From IMG/VR virus record IMGVR_UViG_3300022921_000002, positions 1-64,000 of that record: 64,000 bases of DNA; one strand, given 5' to 3'. The position numbers and the translations under genes were made by a program. Of this stretch, positions 27,401 to 38,600 are shown in pieces. The notes under the pieces were generated by a model. It made no database searches, was not told where the DNA came from, and was given only the letters and a program-made list of their open reading frames with translations. Position 1 is the first letter of the stretch, and the number at the start of each line of letters is the position of its first letter.

Positions 27401-29217
27401 CCTTGCCAACCTTGCGTTCCTTGAGTACCTTGGAAACCTTCATCACCTTGAATACCTGTTGTACCTTGGAAACCCTGAGTACCCTGATTACCTTTATCAC
27501 CATATGGGATAAAATCAATAATTGCAGTAGCACCATATGATGCTACCGCACCTGTATTCCAACTTGTACCTGGTGAAACATCAGTTCCGCCCAAAGTACT
27601 TCGGTCAACATAGGTAATATCAAAGTGTCCCCAGTCAGTTGGACCTGAATCCCAAGTCCAATTTGTGAAGTTATAAATTAGGAATTCGTAATTACCGTTT
27701 CCTACATTCTTTGGTGTTCTAATAAAGATTGAACCTTTTGGAGAACTTGTAAGTGTATCAAGGAAATCAAACAATCCATCTACTCGGCGACCTGTATGTG
27801 TGAGGTCATCAATATACAACTTATCAGCTTGAGTAACATCAGCGTTATTAAGTAACCAACCGTTTAATCCCGGGAAACCTTCAGTTGTTGACGAATTAAA
27901 ATCCCACTCAAATGTCAGACCACCACTATAACCGATTTCACCTTGGAAACCTTGGAAGCCTTGAACACCTTGGTAACCTTGTGTACCCTGTAATCCTTGC
28001 GGACCTTGAACACCTTGGAAACCTTGAACACCGTCGTTTCCTTGAATACCTGTTGTACCTTGGAAACCTTGAACACCTTGGTCACCTGATTGGTCAAGGG
28101 CAACAACCAATGGATATGATGTTGTTATACCTGGAGTTGGAAAATCGGCAGTTTGCCAATTTGCTCGAGTAGCAGGACCGCCGATATATGTAACATCCAA
28201 TTCAAAATAATTAAATGGATCTGTACCTTTTTCAGTAATTTCTTGTACTGAGAATATAAGATAATATGCTGGTTCGTCACGTTTAGTTATTTTGATATAT
28301 GCTTTATTTGCCGATGTTGATAAATCAATTGCACGGAAATAGTCAACCAAATCTACATTATAAGTATCGTCTCTATTAAACCATAGTTTGGTAGCACTTG
28401 CAATAACTGTGTTGTTTGTATTAAATGACCCACCTGTTGGATTTTGATCTGTTACTTCTGTACCGAGTGTATAGTCAATGACCATTCCTGAGTCGGTACC
28501 ATTCCAACCTTGTGTACCTTGAAAACCTAAGTCACCTTGGATACCTGTTGTACCTTGGATCGACTGCGGACCTTGAACGCCTTGTGGACCCTGAACTCCT
28601 TGTAACCCTTGCGGACCTTGAACGCCTTGGTCACCTTGCAATCCTTGTGGTCCTTGAACACCTTGCAATCCTTGGACGCCTTGTGTGCCTTGATAACCTT
28701 GTGTACCTTGGAAACCACGATAACCGCGTGAGCCTTGAATACCTTCTTGTCCTTGGTCGCCTTGTAAACCTTGGTCACCTTGAACACCTTGGAAACCTTG
28801 AACACCACGGAATGATCCAATGTTAACCCAATTCGTTCCATCCCAAATCCAGAGTTCATCATCTGCTTCATCAATTACACCTTCGCCGATATTTGGTGTT
28901 GGGAATGCTGCAGTAAGTGTTGCTTGTGGATCACCGCCTGAATCTACATCAGCAACCGATCCTAAGATTGTAAACCCCGGACCGTAATCACCTTGTAGGC
29001 CTTGGTCACCTTGAATACCAGTAAATCCTTGAGTACCTTGTGGTCCTGTACCCATATCTTGCCATACAGTACCATTTGAATACTTCATTGTGCCGTTGTC
29101 GGCATATACAATAGATCCTTCAAACGGAGCTGGATCCAACCCTATCGGAAATGCTTGTGGAATACCATGACCGAGGGTAACGGTCCTAGCTCGCATTGAC
29201 TTGAACCTAGTCGACAT
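24478..29217 (-). CDS. Collagen-like fibre (Gly-X-Gln repeats) with interspersed globular domains, a cupredoxin-like domain and a C-terminal S74 chaperone
   Basis: Hundreds of G-X-Q triplets; GHPF...YQCSIHSGM motif; SDVRTKTNI...GVIAQEVEEILPE...VAYGNIVGLLIEAIKDL. Confidence 0.88.
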   Translation of the reverse strand: MSTRFKSMRARTVTLGHGIPQAFPIGLDPAPFEGSIVYADNGTMKYSNGTVWQDMGTGPQGTQGFTGIQGDQGLQGDYGPGFTILGSVADVDSGGDPQATLTAAFPTPNIGEGVIDEADDELWIWDGTNWVNIGSFRGVQGFQGVQGDQGLQGDQGQEGIQGSRGYRGFQGTQGYQGTQGVQGLQGVQGPQGLQGDQGVQGPQGLQGVQGPQGVQGPQSIQGTTGIQGDLGFQGTQGWNGTDSGMVIDYTLGTEVTDQNPTGGSFNTNNTVIASATKLWFNRDDTYNVDLVDYFRAIDLSTSANKAYIKITKRDEPAYYLIFSVQEITEKGTDPFNYFELDVTYIGGPATRANWQTADFPTPGITTSYPLVVALDQSGDQGVQGFQGTTGIQGNDGVQGFQGVQGPQGLQGTQGYQGVQGFQGFQGEIGYSGGLTFEWDFNSSTTEGFPGLNGWLLNNADVTQADKLYIDDLTHTGRRVDGLFDFLDTLTSSPKGSIFIRTPKNVGNGNYEFLIYNFTNWTWDSGPTDWGHFDITYVDRSTLGGTDVSPGTSWNTGAVASYGATAIIDFIPYGDKGNQGTQGFQGTTGIQGDEGFQGTQGTQGWQGTQGFQGTQGWQGTQGFQGFTGIQGDEGSQGTQGFQGAQGTQGFQGDQGTQGFQGYQGVQGMEGGREFVVTNTGSTSYEIDGVTQPNLHLLRGFTYTFDLNVSGHPFKIRTSAGGSDYTNGITIVGNDETGRLIFRVPFNAPATLVYQCSIHSGMVGNIFTSEVGPQGTQGLQGDQGVQGPQGLQGVQGPQGTQGWQGTQGWQGTQGDLGNQGTQGPQSIQGTTGIQGDLGPAGEFGGMTLDYTFSTATDTSDPGVGLLKFNAANIASATEMRIDDRDDSFTDVQAFLRTTDEPTSTIKGFFRVIDGTTTSNYVAFRINDVIERSGFFEYDCTFLTGSVTSFGNNSDVRITFARTGDKGDTGLQGIQGPQGTQGVQGDEGGVGLQGTQGPQGLQGDAGEEGAQGTAGDGNQGIQGPQGPQGTTGQDGATGGDGFQGVQGLQGTQGFQGDLGFQGFQGAGGVGSAGSQGTQGAQGLQGDQGVQGEVGPAGFGAQGIQGTQGFTGAQGETGTGIQGTQGPQGIGAQGSLGNDGAQGIQGTQGIQGFGIQGTQGVQGVDGQGADGTQGPQGVQGLQGTSGEEGQGGLQGTQGTIGDDGIQGPGGEGNQGIQGIQGGPGVQGEGGGGGSQGIQGVQGIQSTQGPQGLSGGGGTQGPQGVQGPPGDDGLQGFTGAGTQGVQGVQGFQGGAGPQGIQGVGQDGIQGNQGPQGPQGIIGADGIQGMQGIQGDADAQAIETNDLYGTALQGSPLFLTMTQAGGGAQPLYATLSPNPGGESNFFYTGTDDELTVENLNVDGNLVVTGTLNGGSGDFLEASVSDVKTGGELRFQNDLQLAFGSSIGGALLYASADAEVQLNMDTGIDYTIRDNGTLRFTFDMGTGNFTSTGDINAQSDVRTKTNIETITDALNKVLSMRGVTYERKAELGNVKLGVIAQEVEEILPEVINTTDDGMKAVAYGNIVGLLIEAIKDLKEEVDNLNQ

Positions 29218-29662
29218 CGTATTCCTCCGCTTGGCCTAATGTGAATGATAAAGTTGCATCTAATGTTGTATTAGCACTTGATTTAACTTCTAACGTATCA
29301 CCCGAGGCAAAGAATTGTCCGTTAAGTGGGATTGGTATTGTATCATATCCAGGTACGGGCATTTCCCGTACTAGGTAAAATTCTAAGTTTTCAGAGTAAC
29401 GATAAATTTTTACATCAACCGTCGCGGTATTTGTTGTCTTGTTTGCAACAATCAACGGTGAGATAACTTCGCCAACACCTGGCTCAATTGTTGTTGAACC
29501 ACCAAATACAAGTTCAGGTACTTTAAATTGAGGTACCGTGATAACTTCTTGCCAGTTCGTGGATAGTTCTAAATTTTTGCCGACGGGCAAAGCGTCAGGC
29601 GCCTGAGTAGTCACAACAATTGTGATACCAGTGTTTGAGTCGACGTATGATTCAAATGACAT
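29207..29662 (-). CDS. Small virion-associated hypothetical protein
   Basis: 151 aa with the pattern NKTTNTATVDVKIY...VP...SGDTLEV...LDATLSF; overlaps the collagen gene start by 11 nt. Confidence 0.6.
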   Translation of the reverse strand: MSFESYVDSNTGITIVVTTQAPDALPVGKNLELSTNWQEVITVPQFKVPELVFGGSTTIEPGVGEVISPLIVANKTTNTATVDVKIYRYSENLEFYLVREMPVPGYDTIPIPLNGQFFASGDTLEVKSSANTTLDATLSFTLGQAEEYDVD

Positions 29663-29674
29663 TTTTTATTTCCT

Positions 29675-32600
29675 TTATACTACAGCGCGGCTGTTAGATG
29701 CTCGTCTTGCAAGTTTACGAACCGATGATGTAAACGGCCGGCCTTCAATTCGACCTGTTCTACCGTTAATTCTTAATCCTCTTGCAAAGTATTGGTTGTT
29801 AAGTTCGTCTGCACCTGACCAACGAACCCTACCGCCATCTTCTGAAAGTACAGATGCAATAGCAGAGATCGGCAAGCCGAGGTTTCTAAAGTTAATTGGG
29901 AGCGCATTTCTGTTAACACCTGCCGAAGCACCGTTAAACTGGTGAGCAATTGATTCAACAAGTGAACCAAAGGTCAATACACTCGGTCTTAGGACAGACG
30001 CACGAAGAACATCGTCAAACAAACCATCAATCATTGCATCGTGGTCTATATCTGGTGTGTAATTCGTTTTAATAAATGTTTTCATTCTTGTCCATGCCTG
30101 ATAGAATGATACAAGTAGATCCACGTTATTAGCTCCATCTGTTTGCCATGCTGTTCCGTCCCAATAGTAAATAGTACCGTCATACCTATTTCCGGCATAA
30201 TCCGTTGATACTATATATGCGTGATTTGGTTTTTGTCCAGTGACATTACTCAATGCGCCCAATCCGTTCAGTGTACCTTGGAAACTTAATCCTGGTGTTG
30301 TTGGATTGAATACTGGGAACACGTGCTTACCATTGTAATCGAAGAATGCTGCTGCATATGTTCTTGTGGATGTTTGACTTCCATCTTGACCTGTAACGAT
30401 ATTTTGGAATTTAAAGTCATTTGCCACTGATTGCAACAAGTTACCTGCGTCACGGCGAGTCAAGTTAATATCAAAGAATTTATAATTCTGTCCAACAAAT
30501 CTTACAGTCTCAACAGACAATTTCTTTCTGTTGGCAATAAGGATTTCTCGAGCAAATTTAAACACTTTATTATCTTCCCAGTCAAAGTCAGGTAGGATTG
30601 TTGGTCCAAAGTCTTTTTCATCTTTGTTCAGGAACGAGCGATAATAGATATCGGCAAGGTCATAAACGTGTTGTGCTTCAACTGCTGTTGTTGACTCACC
30701 TTTAATAGAAACACCTGGTAGTGTTTCAAGAAGTGCGTCACGAGCAATCTCACCTAATTTACGGTATGCTTTTGCAGTTGGCACACGTTGATCTTCTGGG
30801 ATACGATATACGTTGTTCCAAAAGTAGAATGCCGCATTCCATTTAGAAGCAGATGTTCCGCCGTAGTTCAGGTCATATGCAAATGCGTCAACAAGATATC
30901 CTGCATCTCGGCGACACTTAACTTTGTTATAATCCAATACATTATAAGTAGTATTTATCCAATTTGTTACATCGTCTGCGAGGATATCCAAATTATCATC
31001 AATTTCTTTACCCGCCCAAACAAGGCTGTTATCAATCCATGAAGTATCAGGTTCAATAATTTCAGGAATACCATCAATGCTATCACGGCGGATTGCATCT
31101 TCAATAATACGGATCATATCGGCAACATATTCACCTTCAACCGCAGTTGCTGGTGCACCTGATATATCTTGTGCTTGTCTTGTAACAATTGCTTTTCTGA
31201 TTGCACCTTCTGTTGCTGATACAAATGTATGAGCTTTATCAACACCTGCCGGTCCGGCATTCATTGTAATTGTGGTACCGTCAACAAATTCAACTCTACA
31301 TGGTTTACCATCTGCCCATTCATCACCGCCAACACGTGGGTGAGAAATCTCAATCGGTGTAGGATCAACATCTGATGTTGGGCAAGAGAATGTAATGCCC
31401 AAGTTATCAAATGTTACAAAGTCACCTGCTTCAATGTTATGAGAACCGATTGTTGCTGTCATCATACCAGTAAGTGGATCATAAACTACATTTGTTGGAG
31501 TGTAACCGTAATTGGTTGGTGTTTGCTCCTGAACAACTGCTGATACCACATCTGCCATTACAGTATATAGATCTGCGGTTTGCTGACGTTGGTCATATGG
31601 CAGTACGCTTGTTGCGTTTCTAAAGTAGAACTGTGCAGATTGCACCGATGCAAAGTTGGTTGAGTAGTTAACGTCATGTGATATAGCATCTACAAGGATA
31701 CCAATGTCACGGCGACATTTCTGTTTCGGATAACTGATACCATTCCAATTGTTTGTGATATAATTAATAACCGATGTTGCAAGAGCAGGAATTGAATCTT
31801 CAATTGCTTCTTTTGCTGTGATAAGATCAGATTGGATCCAATTTGTAAATGGTGGCACCTCTAATGGAATACCTTTTTCATCATTATCATCTGCAATATT
31901 TGCAACAATCCATGCCAAGTTTTTAGCTTCAGTTGCAATTGTTCTTCTTGCTGCAAGATGAGATGTATCTTGTTTGATAAGGTTTCCTGTTACTTGTGAA
32001 ACCGCATTTGGTAATGCTGATACGAATGTATGAGCACCGCCTGCAGCAGGACCAACATTAACAGTAATAGTTGTTGATGATGTTGCAAGTACAGGAATTG
32101 CACGGAGGTATGCAGGATGGTGCGGTTGTGGCGCTGCGTGGTTTGTTGTGTTTCCATCCATGTCACAAGTAAATGTCATACCATCTTCAGTTAGCATAAC
32201 ATGGTCATTAGTTGTTAACTCATGCTGACCAATTGTGATTACAATTTCACCAGTTACGTTATCGTATACTGCAGTTGTTGGTGTATATTTTGCACCAAAT
32301 TCAACAGGTACCAATTCATTTCTGGTTACGTGCTCAACAATTTCACCGAGTCGAGTAAATGCCATTCTTGTTGCATCACGTTGATCTGTTGGTAATAGGT
32401 TAACTGCATTTTTGAAATACAATCCTGCGGCATTTACCATTGCTGAATTACCACCGTATTGAATATCGTGGCAAATCGCATCAATGATATAACCTGTATC
32501 ACGGAAACAACGGTCACGGTCATACTCGAGGTAGTTGAATGTTGTTTTTAGATAATCAGTAATTGTTGATTGTAATGCGTCTTTTCTTGAACCAATCAAT

Positions 32601-35600
32601 GCTGCTTCGGTTTCATAATCGTAAGATGCAGCACCAACTGCTCCTGCGAATACTTCAATATCATCTGGCATATCAACCAATGAGTCGGCAGCAATTACAG
32701 TTGCAATAATTTCCCAAAGATCTTGCATATCATTTCCGATTGCCGCAGCAACAGGACCGAATACTTTATTTTGGATTACAGTGTTACCTGCTGATGGTGT
32801 AACATCAATCTTAAGGATTAAGTCACGAGAAACATCACCGAGGTGTGTATATAATGCGGCAGTAGGTGCACGTTGATCTGCGGACAATGTTGATAGTCCG
32901 TTTTCAAAGTACAATTTAGCAACATCAAGCATAGCGGTGTTAGTTACGTGCTGAATGTCATATGATGCCGCATCAGCCATGATGCCAGTATCTCTTTCAC
33001 ATTTAGCAGTATCGTATGACAATGATGGGTAATTAGCTGCAACCCATGCTGTTGCTTCAGCCTGCAAGAATGCGCGGTTCAATTGTAATGCTTGTCTTGC
33101 GTTTATATTATTTGACCCACGGTTTCCTGTACCGTAATCATAGTTTGTACCGTCAGGTGTGTAATCGTTTACCATTGCGGTAATAATATTACTGAAGGAA
33201 TTCTGAGCTCTTGTTAATGCCACACCGGTCAATCTTGACTCAATGTCTTTTTGTATATATTGAATTCCTTCAATTGTTTCGGCAAGTTGGTCTTCAATAA
33301 CCTTATCAGCTCCTACAGTACCAATGCGGTACGATTTGCCTACGTACTTACCATTATAGTTTGAACCTGTTTGAACATCTCTTCTAACTGCGTCAAGGAT
33401 AAATCCTGCATCACGAGCACATTTGTTTTCATCAAATGTATAGAATTCGTCATCAATATAATTAACGATTTCATTTTGAATAAACTCACGGTTCATGGCA
33501 AGTGATTGTCTTGCGTATGTTCTTGATGGTTCCATCAATGGTTTTGATGTAACCGCAGGTATTTTGATAGGTGAGAAATCATCAACTGTTTGTGCGATAA
33601 TTTCAACAAGATCGTGGGCACGAGAACCAGTTGCAACATCCGCCGCTGGGATAGATGTTGTATCTTGTACTCTTACATTACCTGTTGTCGCTGTTACAGT
33701 GATAGCACGAGAAACTTCATCAATAACATCAGCAAGGTGTTGATATGCTAATCTTGTCGGTCCTCTTTGCTCAGGTGGTAATGTATTAACTGCACCAAGG
33801 AAGTAATAATTTGCAGAATGTACTGTCGCGGCATCTCCGCCGTATTCCAAATCTTCGGTGATTGCGTCAACAATGTAACCAATATCACGGTAACATTTAG
33901 CTTCGTTATATGCAAGACCTGAATATGTCACAGCAATCAAATCAATGATTTCTGTTTGATATTTTGGTTTTGATCCACCAATTAATCTTGCTTCTGATAT
34001 GATTGTTGTGCCGTATGCCGATGTTGGTTTTGGCTCAATAACTGTAGGAACAGTGCCATCGTTATTTCTGATTGTTTGGCCTACACCGTCAAACAGATTA
34101 ACTACTGAACTTGATACCGTCGGTGCAAGTGATCTTCTAATACCGTTTGCTGTTGCTGATACGAAAGTATGTACCTTATCAACCTTAGCGTCACCGACCT
34201 GCATTGTAATTGTTGTTGAAGTTACAGCATCAATTCTAACTGGTTTGTTAAAGATTGGATCAGTTGGGCGTGGGTGTGAGATATTAATTGGCGTAGGATC
34301 AGTTGGTGATGTTGGGCAAGATAGTGTGATTGCATTCTCATCAAAGATAACATAATCGCCAACACTAAATCTATGTCTATCACCAAGAGTAACTTCCATT
34401 ACACCTGTCATATGAGCATATGCAACATCAGTTGCGGTATATGCCTCGGCAACATTTGCTCGGCGGATACAATCAGCATCAGCAGATACGAATGTGTGAG
34501 CACCTGTGTAGCCATTTGCAGACCCGGCATTTACAGTAATTGTAGTTGCATCAGCAGCAGTAATGATAAATTGTTTACGTAAGTTAGGATCCGCGGCATT
34601 TGGATGTGAGTCTGTTCCACCACCGCCAAATCCACAACTGAATGTGATTGATTCAGGATCAATTGTAATTCTATCACCGATAACAAAATTATGAGTACCA
34701 ATTGTTGCTACCATGATACCAGTAACAGGATCATAAGTTGCAGTCGTTGGTGTGTAAGTATCTTCATCAGTTTTAACTTGTGTAACAACACTTTGAAGAT
34801 TATCAACTTCTTCACCACGAACAATTTGACCTGCAATTTTAGCAATGTGGTCATATACTTCTGATGTTGGTACAATTTCATCATCTGCCAAAACAGGTAA
34901 TGCATTTTCAAAATACAGTCTTGAATTATTTACAGTTGATGCAGTTGAACCGTGTTGAACATCCCAAGAAACAGTATCAACAAAGATACCAAGGTCACGC
35001 TCACAAGCAACAGTATCATAAACAAATCCAGGATGGTTTGCTGTGATCCATGCAATTGCTTCTTTTTGGATGAATGATTTATTAAGTTGTAGGATATGGC
35101 GTGCTGCAAATGCATCTTCTGATATTGATTGAATACCAAAGTCGATTGCATCAGCTGCGGCATTACCGTTTGACATAATATCAATGATTTCATCAAATGC
35201 TGCGTCAGAGCGAGCAATTGCTGTTGCATCAGTTAATACGTCAGTGTTAATTTTACCTTTGAGCCATGTGATAGCACCAACAGTTTCTGTTAATTGGTTA
35301 TTAACAACATTGTTAGCACCTACAGTACCGATGCGATAACCCAGACCTGTGTAAACTGCATTATTGTTTGAACCTGTCAAAACGTCACGCATTACAGCGT
35401 TAAGGATATATCCTGTGTCACGCATACATTTTTCTTTATCATAGATGAAGTAATTATCATTCAACCATGCAGTAATTTCTTCTTGAATAAAGGTTTTGTT
35501 TTTCTGCAATTGTCTTGCGGCATACTTACCTTTTTCAGATGAGCTTACTTTAATAATTGAACCTTCTTCAGCAGATACGAATGTGTGAGCACCTGTATAA

Positions 35601-38600
35601 CCACCTGCTGAGCCTGCATTGAATGTAATTGTAGTTGCATCCGCTGCGGTTACTTCTTGTGGGTGTTCGTACATCGGCTCACCGATACGTGGGTGATAGT
35701 CTGTTCCACCGCCATTAAATCCACAACTAAATGCGAAACTCAACGGTTTTGTTTGAACATTATCGCCTACTTCAATATCGTGTCCCGGGATTGTTACAAC
35801 CATGTCACCTGTGTTAGGATCATATGTTGCGTTGGTTGGTGTGTAAGCTTTAACAAATTTTGCTGGGTCAGTAAAGTACAATGCGTGCCCATCAATACAA
35901 TCTTTTGTTGCCGATACGAATGTGTGCGTATTAGCATGCCCGTTAGCATTACCAACATTAACAGTAAATGTTGTTGAAGTTGTTTCTGTAATTCTTACAG
36001 GTTGATTATATGCTGGGTGACCTGGTAATGGTGCAGGATCTGTTCCTACAACACCGCCAACATCACAACTGAATACGATTGACTCGGGAGCAATTGAAAT
36101 CCATTGTCCTACAGGCAAATCATGCTGACCAATTGTTACAACCATTTCACCGTTTACAGGATCGTATGTTACATCTTGTGGTGTATATTTTCCTGTCCAC
36201 ATGCCATCTTCACGAATAGCATTTGTTGTTGCTGATACAAATGTATGAGCAGAAGTATCTTGTGATTTACCAACATTAACTGTGATAGTTGTTGCGGTTC
36301 TTGCGCTGATTTCAACAGGGTTTTCGTATGCAGGATGCTGACGTTCTGTTGTCAAACCATCAGCCAATGCTGATACGAATGTATGTACTCCGCCGCCATC
36401 TGTAACTGCACCAACATTCATTTTCAAAACAAAACCGTTAACTTCATCAATTGTTACAGGCTTATTAAAGAATGGGTGATGTGACTCAGGTGCGGCATGC
36501 TCAGTTACGTTATCATCAAGCTCACAAGTGAATGTGATAGCACCTGGTTTAAATGTTACGGTATCACCTGCTTTTAATTGGTTAGCAGAAATTGTAACCG
36601 TGAACTCACCAGTTGATGGAACGTATGTTGCGGTTGATGGTGTCCATGTTTCAAATGTTGTTGATGGATACGCATGCTGTGAAGTGTTTCCATCAAGAGC
36701 ACAGGTAAATACCATGCTGTTCTTTTCAATACGGATCTTATCACCTACGGCAAAATCGTGAGCACCGATTGTAATTTCAACTACACCGGTTACAGGATTA
36801 TATGCTGCGTCGGTTGGTGTATATTTTTTACCGTTGTTATTCAACAATGCAACCATTTGGTCAAACGATGTGTTAACTCTATCAACTGCAAGTGTATTAC
36901 CTGTTACTGTGTTTGCAGTTTCAGATTTCATATGGTTGATTGAAGCAACAGTTTGCTCAAGTTGTTTTGTAACACTTACTTCACCTGATTTGGAACGGTA
37001 AGCAATACCTGTTTGGTATGCGTTAAAGTTTGTACCTAACAACAAATCTCTTTGAACGGCAGGCATGATATATTCTTTAGTATCTCTTTCACACTTTTTG
37101 CTGTCATAGAAATACCATTGATTTTCTGCCCATCCTTCCATGTAATCCTGGATGAATTCTTTGTTTGCTTGCAATTGCTTACGAGCATTACGTTTATCAG
37201 CAGGGATACCAGCATCATCAGAGAATGTTAATGCTTCACCTAATACGGATACAGATGATGGTTTTGCCGATACGAATGTATGAGCAAAGTTAGCACCTGT
37301 TGTGCCTGCATTGATTGTAATAGTCTTTGCCGAAACTTCATCAATTGGTATAGCACGGCGGTAGTTAAATGTATCACTCTTACGTGGGTGAGAGATTTCT
37401 AACTTGTTGCCATCACTATCACAAGTGAATGTAAATGCTTCATCAGCAATTGTTACGAACTGACCTTTTTGCAAAGTATGGGCACCGATTGTGATAACCA
37501 TTCTTCCTGTATCAGGTTCGTATGTTGCTTTTGTTGGGTTGAATTTTTGAGTTCTTGTGTTATCAAGAATATCAATAATTGTGCTCATTCTATCGTATGA
37601 TCTTTCTGCCATGATTGCAGAGTTTGCTTCGACAAGATCATCGGTAATTTTGCGTAATCTTTCAAATGATCCAACAGTTTCTTCACGTTGATTTTCAACA
37701 ACTGTTTGACCTTGTTTAGAATAATATGCCTGTCCTGCAACTACTGAGTTGTAGTTTGTATCAAGCATTGAGTCCCACTTAACAGCAGGTAGAATATATT
37801 CTTGAATATCACGGCGGCATTTAGCACTATCGTATGAGAAGAATTCGTCATTGTTATCAATCCATTCAACCATTCCATCAATAATAAGTTCACGGTTGTC
37901 TTGGATGATTTCACGAGCAGCTGTTCTTGCAACATTACCTGTATCTGTAAAGAATAGGTCAGATGCATATGACTCGCCATTCTCAAGAATATTTAATGTC
38001 TCATCAAGGGAAACGTTGGCACGAGTATTAACTGCTGCTTCTGAATTGCTAAACAATCTGTTAATTTCTGATTTCAAATGTTCGTTGGCACCAAGAGTTT
38101 CAGTCAACTGCTCGTTTTTAACAACATATGAAATTGGGCTTGAATAAGCAATACCGTTTAGTCGACCCCAATAGTTTGTATTGAGTGCAACGTCATACCC
38201 AACACTATCAATGATAATTCCTGTGTCTCGTTTACATTTTTCAGCATCATAACCTTGATAACCCAAACCACCTTGTGATACTGGTGTTGTCAAATAACCA
38301 ACCATATCTTCAATAATGTCTTGCTTGTTATCCATAAGGGTATCGGCAAATACAGTGTTAGAGAACAGAATTGCTTCATCGGTTGATGATGGTGTAAACA
38401 CTTCAGTTGAGCCTTTAGCTCTCATTGAAATGTCACCAAACTGAGTACCTGAGTTGTTCAAGGTCATTTGACCGCCGTTTAGTGCATAGAATGCTGTACG
38501 AACGAAGATTGACAATGAACCAATACCGTTAACACCTGCACCGTCTCGTGCCACATAACCCATACCGTTTTGAGTACGAGGTGTAAAACCAAAACAAAGA

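Noticed and set aside
25152-28874. Alternative-frame ORFs such as the 194-aa KVFKV-rich ORF and the HLEHLG-rich ORFs
   Set aside because: They are stop-poor shadows of the collagen repeat in other frames or on the other strand, with no RBS or independent features.
24900-28900. Highly periodic ACCTTG/CCTTG DNA repeats that could be mistaken for a CRISPR array or satellite
   Set aside because: They are the reverse complement of CAA-GGT (Gln-Gly) codons in the collagen gene. There are no constant-length repeats with unique spacers.
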